A DNA stretch of 64,000 nucleotides, taken from assembly GCA_018817795.1 (NCBI GenBank), contig JAHITJ010000184.1, forward strand, positions 8,423 through 72,422, given 5' to 3'. Source of the DNA: Myxococcota bacterium. GTDB lineage: Bacteria; Myxococcota_A; Polyangia; HGW-17. Position 1 is the stretch's first letter. Every line of letters begins with the position of its first letter. The notes under the pieces were generated by a model. The model was not told the DNA's origin and searched no databases. It worked only from the letters and a program-made list of their open reading frames with translations. Shown one piece after another: positions 54,461 to 63,217 of the stretch. The translations under genes were made by a program, and so were the position numbers.

Positions 54461-56692
54461 ATGCAGAACAAGATGATCCTGGCCCTGGTTGCAGGAATGC
54501 TTCCATGGTTCGCCGTGCCCGCCCGGGCCCAGGAGACGCAACTGACCCACGACGACGGGACGCCCGCCGGAACGGTGCAGAACCTCGCCGCGGGCGACAT
54601 TGAGGTCGTGCGCTTCTTTGCGCTGCATCCGGCCACCCTGCTGTCGCTGCAGTTGCACTTCGGTGCCGTGGGCGAGCCCGCCGATGTCTTCGTCTGGGGC
54701 GACAACGGCGGTAACGCGCCGGATCTCGACCGTGTGCTGTGGAGCGGCACGGTGACGCCGACGGCCGACGGCTGGACCGAGGTGGATCTCACCGGAGGGA
54801 ACCCGGAAATTGAGCCGATGCAGAACTTCTACGTCGGGCATGTGCTGCGCGACGGTGCCACACGCCTGTCATGGGATGCCTCCGGTAACGCCGAGACGTC
54901 CTCGCTGGTGCGGATCTCCGGTGAGTGGTACTTCGTCGGCGACGCCACGGGAACCCAGTCCGTGGACGCGCTGGTGCGCTCGACCGTGTTCTGGCATGAC
55001 ATCGTGGAGGACACCTGGTTCACGGAGATCACCTCCGGTGCCGGCGTGTCGATGGGGTCGCGCATGGCCTGGGGTGATTTCGACAACGACGGCTTCGATG
55101 ACCTGCTGATCAACGGATCGGCCGTCTACCGCAACCTCGGAGAAGGCACGTTTTCCCTTCTCTCTTCACCGCTGGGCGTGGAGCCCAACGGCGCCAACGG
55201 TGGCCTCTGGGCTGACTACGACAACGACGGCTGCCTGGATTTCTATGCGACCGGATACCACTTCTTCCCGGCGTGCGGCGTGCCCGGCGACTGCATCGAG
55301 GGCTACGGCTGCATCGAGAACCGCTGCATGCCCGACGGCGTGGAGGAACTGCCCCACGATCGACTGTACCGCGGGCACTGCGACGGCTCGTTCACCGATC
55401 AAAGCGAAACCGCGGGCCGGCCGTATGACTACCTGCCGACCGAGGGAGCGGCCTGGGGGGACGTCGACGGCGACGGCTGGGTGGACCTGTACGTGGCCAA
55501 CTACGAGACCCCCACGGACTGGACCGGCGGTGCGCTCTCCCAGGGCACCCTCGACTACCTGTGGCACAACAACGGCGACGGCACCTTCACGGACGTCTCC
55601 GAGCGCTCGGGCATCCGTTTCATGGGACGCGGGCTGTGCGGACGCGGTGTGGCCATGGCCGACTGGAACGAGGACGGATTCCTCGACATCTACGTCACCA
55701 ACTACCGGCTGCAGGGCAACTTCCTCTTCCGGAACCTCGGTGACGGCACGTTCGAGAACATCTCCGACCAAAACGGTACCGTCGGCGAGCTGGTCCAGGG
55801 GTCCTACGGACACAGCATCGGCTCCCAGTGGGGGGACGTGAACAACGACGGACACCTGGACCTGTTCGTGGCAAACCTGGCGCACCCGCGGTTCATCGAG
55901 TTTTCCGACAAGAGCATGCTCTACCTCAACGACGGGCCGCCGGATTACGGATTCACCGAGAGCCGCGCGGCCTGGGGCATCACCTATTCCGAGACCCACT
56001 CCGATCCAGCGCTGGGGGACATCGACAACGACGGCTATCTCGATCTCTACATCACCGATGTCTACGTCGGTTACCAGGGCTTCCTGTACCGTAACCTGGC
56101 CGGCGCCGGATTCGAGGACGTGACCTATGCGTCGGGCCTGCGCATCGACAACGGCTGGGGCGTCACGTTTGCCGACATAGACAACGACGGCGATCTCGAC
56201 TTTCTCGCCAACCGCTTCTACCGCAACGACGTTCCCGGGTCCGGCAACTGGCTCAAACTGCGGTTGCGCGGCACGCGCGCCAACGCGGCGGCCATCGGCG
56301 CGGTGGTCACCGTGCGCTCCGGTGAGAAGATCTGGGTGCGACAGGTCGAGGGCGGCAAGGGCACGACCACCCAGAATCCGCTGACCCTGCACTTCGGTCT
56401 CGGCGATACCTCCGTGGCGGACACCGTGCACATCCGCTGGCCTCGCGGGTCCGGCGAGGAGCAGGAGCTCACCGACGTCGCGGTCAACCAGACACTCTTG
56501 GTCGTGCAGCCCAATCCCGACGCCGGGACCGACGCAGATGCCGACGCCGACGGGGAGCCGCCCCGCAAGCAGGATGAAGGATGCTCATGCGCCACCGGTA
56601 CCCGGTCCGGCTCATTCCCCGTTTTCTTTGGGTTGCTGATCTTCGGGATCGGGATCGCCCGCAGGAAGAAGCTGGGCTGTTTCCACCGATGA
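54461..56692 (+). CDS. CRTAC1-family FG-GAP/VCBS repeat protein with an ASPIC/UnbV domain and a MYXO-CTERM-like tail
   Basis: Seven FG-GAP Ca-binding motifs (GDFDNDGFDDL, ADYDNDGCLDF, GDVDGDGWVDLYVANY, ADWNEDGFLDIYVTNY, GDVNNDGHLDLFVANL, GDIDNDGYLDLYITD, ADIDNDGDLDFL). UnbV-like segment WLKLRLRG...NAAAIGA.V.V..G....VRQVEGG.G. Tail EGCSCATG...FFGLLIFGIGIARRKK. Confidence 0.85.
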   Translation: MQNKMILALVAGMLPWFAVPARAQETQLTHDDGTPAGTVQNLAAGDIEVVRFFALHPATLLSLQLHFGAVGEPADVFVWGDNGGNAPDLDRVLWSGTVTPTADGWTEVDLTGGNPEIEPMQNFYVGHVLRDGATRLSWDASGNAETSSLVRISGEWYFVGDATGTQSVDALVRSTVFWHDIVEDTWFTEITSGAGVSMGSRMAWGDFDNDGFDDLLINGSAVYRNLGEGTFSLLSSPLGVEPNGANGGLWADYDNDGCLDFYATGYHFFPACGVPGDCIEGYGCIENRCMPDGVEELPHDRLYRGHCDGSFTDQSETAGRPYDYLPTEGAAWGDVDGDGWVDLYVANYETPTDWTGGALSQGTLDYLWHNNGDGTFTDVSERSGIRFMGRGLCGRGVAMADWNEDGFLDIYVTNYRLQGNFLFRNLGDGTFENISDQNGTVGELVQGSYGHSIGSQWGDVNNDGHLDLFVANLAHPRFIEFSDKSMLYLNDGPPDYGFTESRAAWGITYSETHSDPALGDIDNDGYLDLYITDVYVGYQGFLYRNLAGAGFEDVTYASGLRIDNGWGVTFADIDNDGDLDFLANRFYRNDVPGSGNWLKLRLRGTRANAAAIGAVVTVRSGEKIWVRQVEGGKGTTTQNPLTLHFGLGDTSVADTVHIRWPRGSGEEQELTDVAVNQTLLVVQPNPDAGTDADADADGEPPRKQDEGCSCATGTRSGSFPVFFGLLIFGIGIARRKKLGCFHR

Positions 56693-56703
56693 TCCACCCT
56701 CGG

Positions 56704-56734
56704 GGACGCACACCCGATCCCGGGGGGGGCGTCC
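56704..56734. terminator. GC-rich imperfect hairpin between convergent genes (possible bidirectional terminator)
   Basis: GGACGC (56704-09) pairs with GCGTCC (56729-34), with an inner CCCG/CGGG pairing and a G8 run. It sits between the CRTAC1-like stop (56692) and the Sel1 stop (56739). There is no clean U-tract. Confidence 0.3.
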
Positions 56735-56738
56735 GGCG

Positions 56739-58079
56739 TCATTTCTTCAACTTCTTGAGGCGCTCGGCCGCCGGAGGGAAGCCGAGGTCCAGGGCCTTCT
56801 GGTAGTAGAATTGGGCCTTTTCCCGGTCCTGCTTCACACCGAAGCCTTCCTCGTGGAGCAGGCCGAGGTTCATATATCCAAGCGGATGTCCGGCGTCGGC
56901 GGCCTTCGTGATCCACTCGAGGCCCTTGGCGTAATCCTGCAGGATGCCCCTGCCGTTGATGTACGCCAGGCCGAGGTTGACCATCGACATCACGTGTCCG
57001 GCACCGGCCGACTGCTGGTACAGTTTCACGGCCTCGACCGGATTCTTTTCGGTGCCGCGTCCGTCCTCGAGGCAGACCGCCAGGTTGTACCGGGCGATGG
57101 AATTTCCCAAGTCGGCTGCCTTGCGGAACCATGCGATGCCGCCCTTCGGATCCTTCTCCACGCCCACCCCGTCGAGCATCATGCGGCCCAGATTGAGCAT
57201 GCCCATGGGATCATCCAGGGCGGCGGCCTTACTGAACCACGCGGCGGCGGCCTTCGGGTCCTTCTCGATGCCGCGTCCCTCCTCGGTGAGCAGTCCGAGG
57301 TTCGTCATGGCCTTGGCGTTGCCCTTGTCTGCGGCCTTTTGATACCACCCAACCGCTCCGGGAAGGTCCTGGACGCCGGAGTTCTCCCGCTCCAGGATGC
57401 GTCCCATGTTGAACATGGCCAACGCACCGCCGGCGGCCGCAGGCTTGCCGATCAATTCGAGCGCGCGCTTGAGATCGGCCTGGACGCCGCGCCCGCTCTC
57501 GTAGAGCAGGCCCAGGTTCAGTTGGGCGCTGCCGTCGCCCTTGTCGGCGGCCTTCTGGTACCACTGTGCGGCCATGGCGAAGTCAGCGGCGACCCCGCGC
57601 CCGTGCTCGTAGCAGAAGCCCAGACTGTAAAAGGCGTCGGAAATCCCCTTGTCGGCCGCTTTCTGGAACAGGGCGAACGCCTCGCCCGGATTCTCGGGCC
57701 CGCCCCGGCCGTTGTCGATCATCACTCCGAGATTGTAGATGGCTTTGGGATTATCCTGCAGTGCACTCTTCCGGTACCACGCGAGGGCCTGTGCAGGATC
57801 AGCCTTCACGCCGATGCCGCGCTCATACATCACGCCCAGGTTGAACTGTGCGTCGGCGTGGCCCTGTTCGGCGGCCCGGGTAAAGAAGAGGAGCGCCTTC
57901 TCAGGTCTCGCCTCATTGGCGCCCGGCGCCCGGAGGTGGTGCAGGCCCTCCTGGTACAGTTCATCGGGTGTCTGGTTCTTGTCGGAGTCTTTCTTGTCCT
58001 TCGAACCAACATGAAACTCGCATTGGCATGAGAGCAGCAGCGCCAGGCAGGCAAAAAAGGGGAGGAGCGTTCGTTTCAT
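56739..58079 (-). CDS. Sel1-like repeat (SLR) lipoprotein
   Basis: Lipobox LALLLSC. About 11 Sel1 repeats of the form A..W..KAA..G...A..NLG..Y..G.GV..D. Confidence 0.85.
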   Translation of the reverse strand: MKRTLLPFFACLALLLSCQCEFHVGSKDKKDSDKNQTPDELYQEGLHHLRAPGANEARPEKALLFFTRAAEQGHADAQFNLGVMYERGIGVKADPAQALAWYRKSALQDNPKAIYNLGVMIDNGRGGPENPGEAFALFQKAADKGISDAFYSLGFCYEHGRGVAADFAMAAQWYQKAADKGDGSAQLNLGLLYESGRGVQADLKRALELIGKPAAAGGALAMFNMGRILERENSGVQDLPGAVGWYQKAADKGNAKAMTNLGLLTEEGRGIEKDPKAAAAWFSKAAALDDPMGMLNLGRMMLDGVGVEKDPKGGIAWFRKAADLGNSIARYNLAVCLEDGRGTEKNPVEAVKLYQQSAGAGHVMSMVNLGLAYINGRGILQDYAKGLEWITKAADAGHPLGYMNLGLLHEEGFGVKQDREKAQFYYQKALDLGFPPAAERLKKLKK

Positions 58080-58135
58080 GAGCTTGTTATCCCTTCAGAA
58101 GCGGTTCGGTGATCGATCGCGGTTCCATTCGTATT

Positions 58136-58166
58136 AAAAAAAGTCCTGCGGGTCAAGCCGTCAGAC
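58136..58166 (-). terminator. Weak intrinsic-terminator-like element after the ddpX-like gene
   Basis: On the minus strand, GTCTGA...GCAGGAC forms an imperfect stem (5 bp plus a bulge) followed directly by a T7 run (58142-58136). It lies about 40 nt after the stop at 58208. Confidence 0.3.
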
Positions 58167-58207
58167 CACAGAACTGATTTTCCGTGACGATGGCTGCGGC
58201 CGGAGGC

Positions 58208-58957
58208 CTACGGAATGAGGTCGAAGCGGTCGCGGTCGCAGCCATTGAAGTGCCACCACTCGCCTTCGTACGGGACAAAGCCGGCGCCGGTCATGACCGT
58301 GCGCAACAACCGTCGGTTGTTGCAGGCCGCAGCGGACAGTCCACCGGTTCGGCAAAGGCGCTCTTCTTCCTTCACGGTGAGCCTCTTCCCTGCAGAGAAT
58401 TCGTCGATCTCCGTCCCCATCTCCAGCGCGCCTTTGCCTGTGGCAAGGGTGAGGTCCACCGCACATCCATGATTATGGGACGAAGTGCCGGTCTCCGGAT
58501 TGGCTACGTGGGCGGGATTTGGATGGGCCGCCCATAGGATCCTCTGCACAGACAGCGGGCGTGCGCAATCGACCACGCGCAGAACCCATTCCGGGTGTTT
58601 GACTGAAAGCGCCGCGGCGGCCGCCAGCAATTTCTGCGCAGCCTCCGGCCGAAGGAAGCAGCGATGAAGCTCCTTGTAGATGACGCGTCCGGTGAAGTTG
58701 CCATCGGTGGCGTAGACGAGATTGATCTGCAGACCCGGCCCGGGCGTGACCTCGGTGAGTCCGGCAGCCGCCAGCCGCCGTTCAAGCGGTGTGTATGGTG
58801 CCGGTGGTTTGAGGGCAGGGACTTTTTCGGGTCCATGCTCCAAAGGAACGGGCACCGCGTGCACGGGCTGCCCGCCCAAAGCCGCCCCGGGTTTGGAAGC
58901 CGGTTCTGAGCACGCCAGCACCATGATCATCCCGGAAAAAAAAGCCATACTGCGCAT
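58208..58957 (-). CDS. ddpX: D-alanyl-D-alanine dipeptidase, VanX/DdpX (M15D) family, with a lipoprotein signal
   Basis: Zinc and catalytic motifs SSHNHGCAVD (S-x-H-x-x-G-x-A-x-D) and GEWWHF (E-x-x-H). N-terminus MRSMAFFSGMIMVLAC. Confidence 0.85.
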   Translation of the reverse strand: MRSMAFFSGMIMVLACSEPASKPGAALGGQPVHAVPVPLEHGPEKVPALKPPAPYTPLERRLAAAGLTEVTPGPGLQINLVYATDGNFTGRVIYKELHRCFLRPEAAQKLLAAAAALSVKHPEWVLRVVDCARPLSVQRILWAAHPNPAHVANPETGTSSHNHGCAVDLTLATGKGALEMGTEIDEFSAGKRLTVKEEERLCRTGGLSAAACNNRRLLRTVMTGAGFVPYEGEWWHFNGCDRDRFDLIP

Positions 58958-59188
58958 GACTTCTCCATGGCAGAAAAACGCATACCTGTCAAACCTCCGC
59001 GATCGGAGCCCATTGAATCGGGACTTTGGCTCTGCTATGGTGCGCCCATTCCGGTGCTAGGTGACGTCCTGCCGGCCGAGTCCTACGCAAGGCTGGGTCT
59101 GGGAGACGGCGCCACAATCACCCGCCTCTTTCCTGCCGAAGTCCTGCCATAAGACTGTAAATAAATAACTAAATTTGCCAGTATTTCC

Positions 59189-59226
59189 TTGATCCTGGGA
59201 CCGCCAAAAAGTATAACGCATGTTAT
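59189..59226 (+). promoter_or_regulatory. Candidate promoter with an overlapping palindromic operator for the TetR-adaptor operon
   Basis: TTGATC (59189-94) - 17 nt - TATAAC (59212-17). The palindrome ATAAC-gcat-GTTAT (59213-59226) overlaps the -10 element. Confidence 0.45.
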
Positions 59227-59244
59227 GGCATGGAGGTGATTTCA

Positions 59245-59946
59245 ATGCCACCGAGAGTTTTCATTACACGCGAGATGCTGATTCATGGTGCGTTCGAGTT
59301 CGTCCGCAGAAACGGCGTTGGACGTTTGTCGACGCGCAACCTGGCCAACGCCATGGATTGCTCCACCCAGCCGATCTATCGGGCGTTTTCCAACATGGAG
59401 GAGCTGGAGCTGGCCACGATCGAGCACGCCGCCGGCTTCGTCAAGGAATTCCTGCTGGGTGCGCCCATCGAGGGCGAGCCGCTGCACCACATCGCGCGGA
59501 TGCAGGTCAAGTTGATGAAGGAGGAGCCGCATATCTACCATCTGATCTTCCAGACCGGGCGGCTCGACTTCTCCATGGCCAACGAGATGCTCTTCTTTCT
59601 CGTGCAGCACACCTCCTTCAAGGACCACCCGTTTCTGGGCCGGATGGAGCCTGCCCGCATCCTGCACGTGATCCGGCAGGTCTGGGTCTACACCCATGGC
59701 CTTTTCTCGATCATGGGCTTTCAGTTCGTCGACATCTCCGAGAAGTTGATCATGCAGACGGTACAGGAAACCATCGCCAAGCTGGTGGTCTGGGAGATCC
59801 ACAAGCCCGACCTGTCGAGGCTGCCGCAGTACCGGGAGTGGCCGGTGTATGCCCAGGCCTTCGAGCAGGAGATGGACCTCGGCGTGGATATAAAGTCCAT
59901 CCTGCTGGATTATTTCTCCGGAAAGCCCCTCTCTGGAAAAGCATGA
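59245..59946 (+). CDS. TetR family transcriptional regulator
   Basis: HTH region GAFEFVRRNGVGRLSTRNLANAMDCSTQPIYRAFSNMEEL. I prefer the ATG at 59245 because GGAGGTG lies 7 nt upstream. An alternative ATG lies at 59230. Confidence 0.8.
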   Translation: MPPRVFITREMLIHGAFEFVRRNGVGRLSTRNLANAMDCSTQPIYRAFSNMEELELATIEHAAGFVKEFLLGAPIEGEPLHHIARMQVKLMKEEPHIYHLIFQTGRLDFSMANEMLFFLVQHTSFKDHPFLGRMEPARILHVIRQVWVYTHGLFSIMGFQFVDISEKLIMQTVQETIAKLVVWEIHKPDLSRLPQYREWPVYAQAFEQEMDLGVDIKSILLDYFSGKPLSGKA

Positions 59947-61031
59947 GAATTGTTGCAATAATACTTTCCATTCTCCTGTTTTCCACCTTCGCCTGCACCG
60001 GGTCACCATCCAGTGACCAACCCCGGCAGACCGGGGAGAGCCAGATGACCGTGCGCACGGAGAAGCTCGTGCAGCAGGCCACCGTCGAACGGCTGCGCTG
60101 GACCGCGACGACCGCGCCCGGGGCCGAGATTCAGCTCACCTTCAAGGGCAGCGGCCGGATCAAGACCCTCAACTTCCAGGAGGGCGCCGTGGTCAAGGCC
60201 GGCGACCTGCTCGGCACCCTCGTCGAGGAGGACTACTGGTCCTACCGCAAGCTCGCGCAGATTCAGGTGAGGACCCTGGAGCCCGACGCCGTACGGATGC
60301 AGACCCTGGCCGGACAGGACGCCCTGCCCCAGGCCGAGGCCGACCGCATGCAGGGCAAGGTCAACGTTGCCAAGGCGCAGTTGCGACAAGCCGACGTGGC
60401 CCTCTCGGGGGTGTTTTTGCGGGCTCCGATGGCGGGTGTGATCGAGAAGAAGTCCGTGTCCGAAGGTGATCTGGTATCACCGTCGCGCGAGGTGGGAACA
60501 CTGCTGGACCTGTCCCGGATCCGGGTGGTGATCCCAGCCTCCGAGCAGGAACTGGCACACCTGAAGCCAGGGTCCACGGTGAACCTGGAGTTCTCCGATC
60601 CGGAGAAGAAGACCACCGGGAAAATCGACCACATCTCGCCGCTGGCGGACTTCAAGACGCGCACCTTTCCGGTGACGATCCTGGTGGACAACGAGTTCGT
60701 CGGGGACAAGCCGGTGCTGCGCGGAGGCATGAAGGCCATCGTGACGCTGGAGCTTCCGGGACCGCCCGCGCTTCGCGTGCCGTTCTCCGCCGTGATGCGT
60801 TCCGAGGATCGCCGCACCTACGTGTACCTCGCTCGCTCGGGGCGCGCCGCCGTGGCGTACGTGAAGACAGGCCGCCTGATCCATGGTCGCCTGGAGATCC
60901 TCGAGGGCCTCGCCCCTGGTGACGAGTTGGTCATTTCGGGCCAGCAATTCCTGAGGGAAGGTACTCCCGTTTCCGTACGGGACGGTACGCCCTTGTCCGC
61001 ACGGGATGGGACTCCGTCACTGAACCCCTAG
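59943..61031 (+). CDS. Efflux RND periplasmic adaptor (HlyD/MFP family) lipoprotein with no cognate pump adjacent
   Basis: I set the start at the ATGA overlap with the TetR stop (MRIVAIILSILLFSTFAC lipobox). Lipoyl-like motifs (KAGDLLGTL; APMAGVIEKKSVSEGDLV) and a coiled-coil hairpin. The ORF-track start at 59220 overlaps the TetR gene and was rejected. Confidence 0.8.
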   Translation: MRIVAIILSILLFSTFACTGSPSSDQPRQTGESQMTVRTEKLVQQATVERLRWTATTAPGAEIQLTFKGSGRIKTLNFQEGAVVKAGDLLGTLVEEDYWSYRKLAQIQVRTLEPDAVRMQTLAGQDALPQAEADRMQGKVNVAKAQLRQADVALSGVFLRAPMAGVIEKKSVSEGDLVSPSREVGTLLDLSRIRVVIPASEQELAHLKPGSTVNLEFSDPEKKTTGKIDHISPLADFKTRTFPVTILVDNEFVGDKPVLRGGMKAIVTLELPGPPALRVPFSAVMRSEDRRTYVYLARSGRAAVAYVKTGRLIHGRLEILEGLAPGDELVISGQQFLREGTPVSVRDGTPLSARDGTPSLNP

Positions 61032-61051
61032 ATTCATTTATCAAACTGAGG

Positions 61052-61732
61052 TCAGGAAGGCTCTTCGAACCATTCGACCGCGGTGTTGCCCACACGGCGC
61101 AGCACGACCGCGTCGAGCGTTCCGGCCACGGCCCCACCGGCCACGGGCACGATTTTGAGCAGGTTGTTCATGCCCCAGCGCGTCGAGCGCTCCAGAAAGA
61201 CCAGGCCGAGCTTTCTCTGGACGGCCATGAACACGTTGGCGGGCAGGGCGATGACGAAGCGGGCTGTGAGGCGGTTGGTCAACGGCACACCCGTGGACTT
61301 GAGCACCTCCTTGACGGTATCACCGAACAGCGCCCATAACACCAGGGAGCGGATGCGCGGGTCCTTCAGGTCGTGCCCGTGCAGCAATGCGATGGCTGCC
61401 ACCAGCCGCGCCTGCAGCAGCCACGAGGATAAAATCGCCGAGGGCACCGCCAGAGGGAGCGTGACCGGACCGCCCAGGCCGGTCACAAAGCCCGTGGAGA
61501 AGTTCTTCACGGATTCGCGCAGGATCAGTTTCGAGGCCTGCGCATGGGGTGACGCATCGGGAAGCCGGCGGCGCATGTCCTCGGCCAGCGCCGAGGCAGG
61601 CGCAAATGGCGGCACACCGGCCAGCGCCTGATCCAGGATCCAGTTCATGAGTATGGTGGACTTGCTCTCTTTCATGACGACACCCCCGAAGATGGTGGGA
61701 ACTAGAAACATGAGTTGATTCCCGGTCTCCAT
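61052..61732 (-). CDS. EcsC family protein
   Basis: The segment ...GLGGPVTLPLAVPSAILSSWLLQARLVAAIALLHGHDLKDPRIRSLVLWALFGD... resembles the EcsC family. The start is ambiguous (ATG at 61732, 61711 or 61675). The first 132 codons of the ORF-track call are R/G/Q-rich, overlap the divergent gene and were rejected. Confidence 0.6.
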   Translation of the reverse strand: METGNQLMFLVPTIFGGVVMKESKSTILMNWILDQALAGVPPFAPASALAEDMRRRLPDASPHAQASKLILRESVKNFSTGFVTGLGGPVTLPLAVPSAILSSWLLQARLVAAIALLHGHDLKDPRIRSLVLWALFGDTVKEVLKSTGVPLTNRLTARFVIALPANVFMAVQRKLGLVFLERSTRWGMNNLLKIVPVAGGAVAGTLDAVVLRRVGNTAVEWFEEPS

Positions 61733-61816
61733 TTGTATACAGTTCCTCTCGCCTTGTACAGGTGTTTGTGCAACCCGCGGGCCCGGAGTCGGACCCGGCA
61801 AGGCAGAAAGAACCGC

Positions 61817-63190
61817 ATGCGACGATCGGTTCCCCTGTTTCTGACCATCCTGCTGCTGTGGGCGGCTCCCGCGATCGCGGGCCTGCCTTGGACGGGCCTC
61901 CCCGGTCGCCCCGTTTACGACGTGATGCGCACCGAGGTGCAGTTGTGCAACCAGTTCCGCTGCAATGGACTGCGCACCGGCCAGGTGGCCTTCTCGGGTC
62001 CTTCCTCGGGCTCCGAGGACATCTGCACCATGCTTGAAAAGGCCGTCGTGGCGCCGTTCTTTTCCTACGAGGGTGCCAACTATTTTTCGATGCTCTCGGG
62101 TCGCGGCGAGTTGTGGCAGTTCTCCCACCGCCTCCAGTTACGCAACCGCTTCCCCAACGCCCGCTTCCCCTCTTCGCACGTGCTGGTGCTCCCTGAGAGC
62201 CGCTACTTTCTGGTGAACAACCAGGAGTCCTCCGTGCGCCAGCCCGCGGGCACGATCCTGTGGCGCAACGTCTACGGCAAGCCCTCGCTGTGGCATCCCC
62301 CGTTGCTGGTCAACGACCGGCTCGTGATCATGCACGGCAACGTCAAGGGCAGCGCCCGCTCGGCCCGCAACGCCTTCGCGGCCAGGGCCGTGGTGCGTGC
62401 GGTCGCCCCTGCGTCGGGCAAGACGATCGTCGAGATCCCGCTGCCGGGCGTCTACACCCAGCGCCGGTACCCGCCGCTTTCGGTGCTGCACACGCAGACC
62501 GTGGTGGTGCCCGACGCCACCGGCGGCCTCCACGCCTTTTCGGTCGCCGATCTGAGCGCCGGCAAGACGCGCGAACTGTGGAAGGCACAGGTCGGCCACT
62601 CCGAGCCGCTGGCGCTGGTGGGCGATCCCGCCACCTCCCGGGTGATCGTCGCCTACGGGGCCGGCGGCCGCCGCTTTCCCAACATCATCGCGCTGGACCT
62701 CAAGACCGGACGCAAGGCCTGGTCGGTGATGCACCTGGACATCGCCACCTCCCTGGCGCTCTACCGCAACACCCTCGTTTTCGGCACGACCGCCGGGAAG
62801 TTGCGGGGGCTCGACGTCAACACCGGCGCCTCCACCATCGACCTGCAGGTGCCCACGAACCTGACCTCCGACAGGGAGATCATCGTGATGGTCGTCACCG
62901 AGCCCGTCGTGGACACGCTGGGTCGCGTCTATCTCACCCTGGGCGAGGTACCCCGGACCCAGCAGATGGCCTTCGTGGACTACCCGGGTACACATCTGGG
63001 TCGGCTCAAAGACAGCATCAACGCGGAGGTCGTCGGTATCCAGTTGACCAGTCGGCGCGCCGTCTACACCAGTTCGCTGTTTCAGATCGATCATGCCGGC
63101 TCCAGCCAGTTGATCGTGGGCATGGAGACCGTGGGCCTGTTCACGTCGGATCAGCGCCTGGAATTCTGTGCGCCGGAGACCGAAGAATAG
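61817..63190 (+). CDS. Secreted PQQ-like (BamB-like) beta-propeller repeat protein
   Basis: I set the start at MRRSVPLFLTILLLWAAPAIAG (signal peptide). Recurrent propeller motifs are IIALDLKTGRKAWSV, GKLRGLDVNTGAS and LHAFSVADLSAGKTRELWKAQVG. Confidence 0.6.
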   Translation: MRRSVPLFLTILLLWAAPAIAGLPWTGLPGRPVYDVMRTEVQLCNQFRCNGLRTGQVAFSGPSSGSEDICTMLEKAVVAPFFSYEGANYFSMLSGRGELWQFSHRLQLRNRFPNARFPSSHVLVLPESRYFLVNNQESSVRQPAGTILWRNVYGKPSLWHPPLLVNDRLVIMHGNVKGSARSARNAFAARAVVRAVAPASGKTIVEIPLPGVYTQRRYPPLSVLHTQTVVVPDATGGLHAFSVADLSAGKTRELWKAQVGHSEPLALVGDPATSRVIVAYGAGGRRFPNIIALDLKTGRKAWSVMHLDIATSLALYRNTLVFGTTAGKLRGLDVNTGASTIDLQVPTNLTSDREIIVMVVTEPVVDTLGRVYLTLGEVPRTQQMAFVDYPGTHLGRLKDSINAEVVGIQLTSRRAVYTSSLFQIDHAGSSQLIVGMETVGLFTSDQRLEFCAPETEE

Positions 63191-63217
63191 TTGCATGAAT
63201 CTGCAACTGGAGGCTTC

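Noticed and set aside
55166-56431. 421-aa minus-strand ORF inside the CRTAC1/ASPIC gene
   Set aside because: It is antisense to a gene with seven FG-GAP motifs and a UnbV domain. Its composition is typical of a shadow frame.
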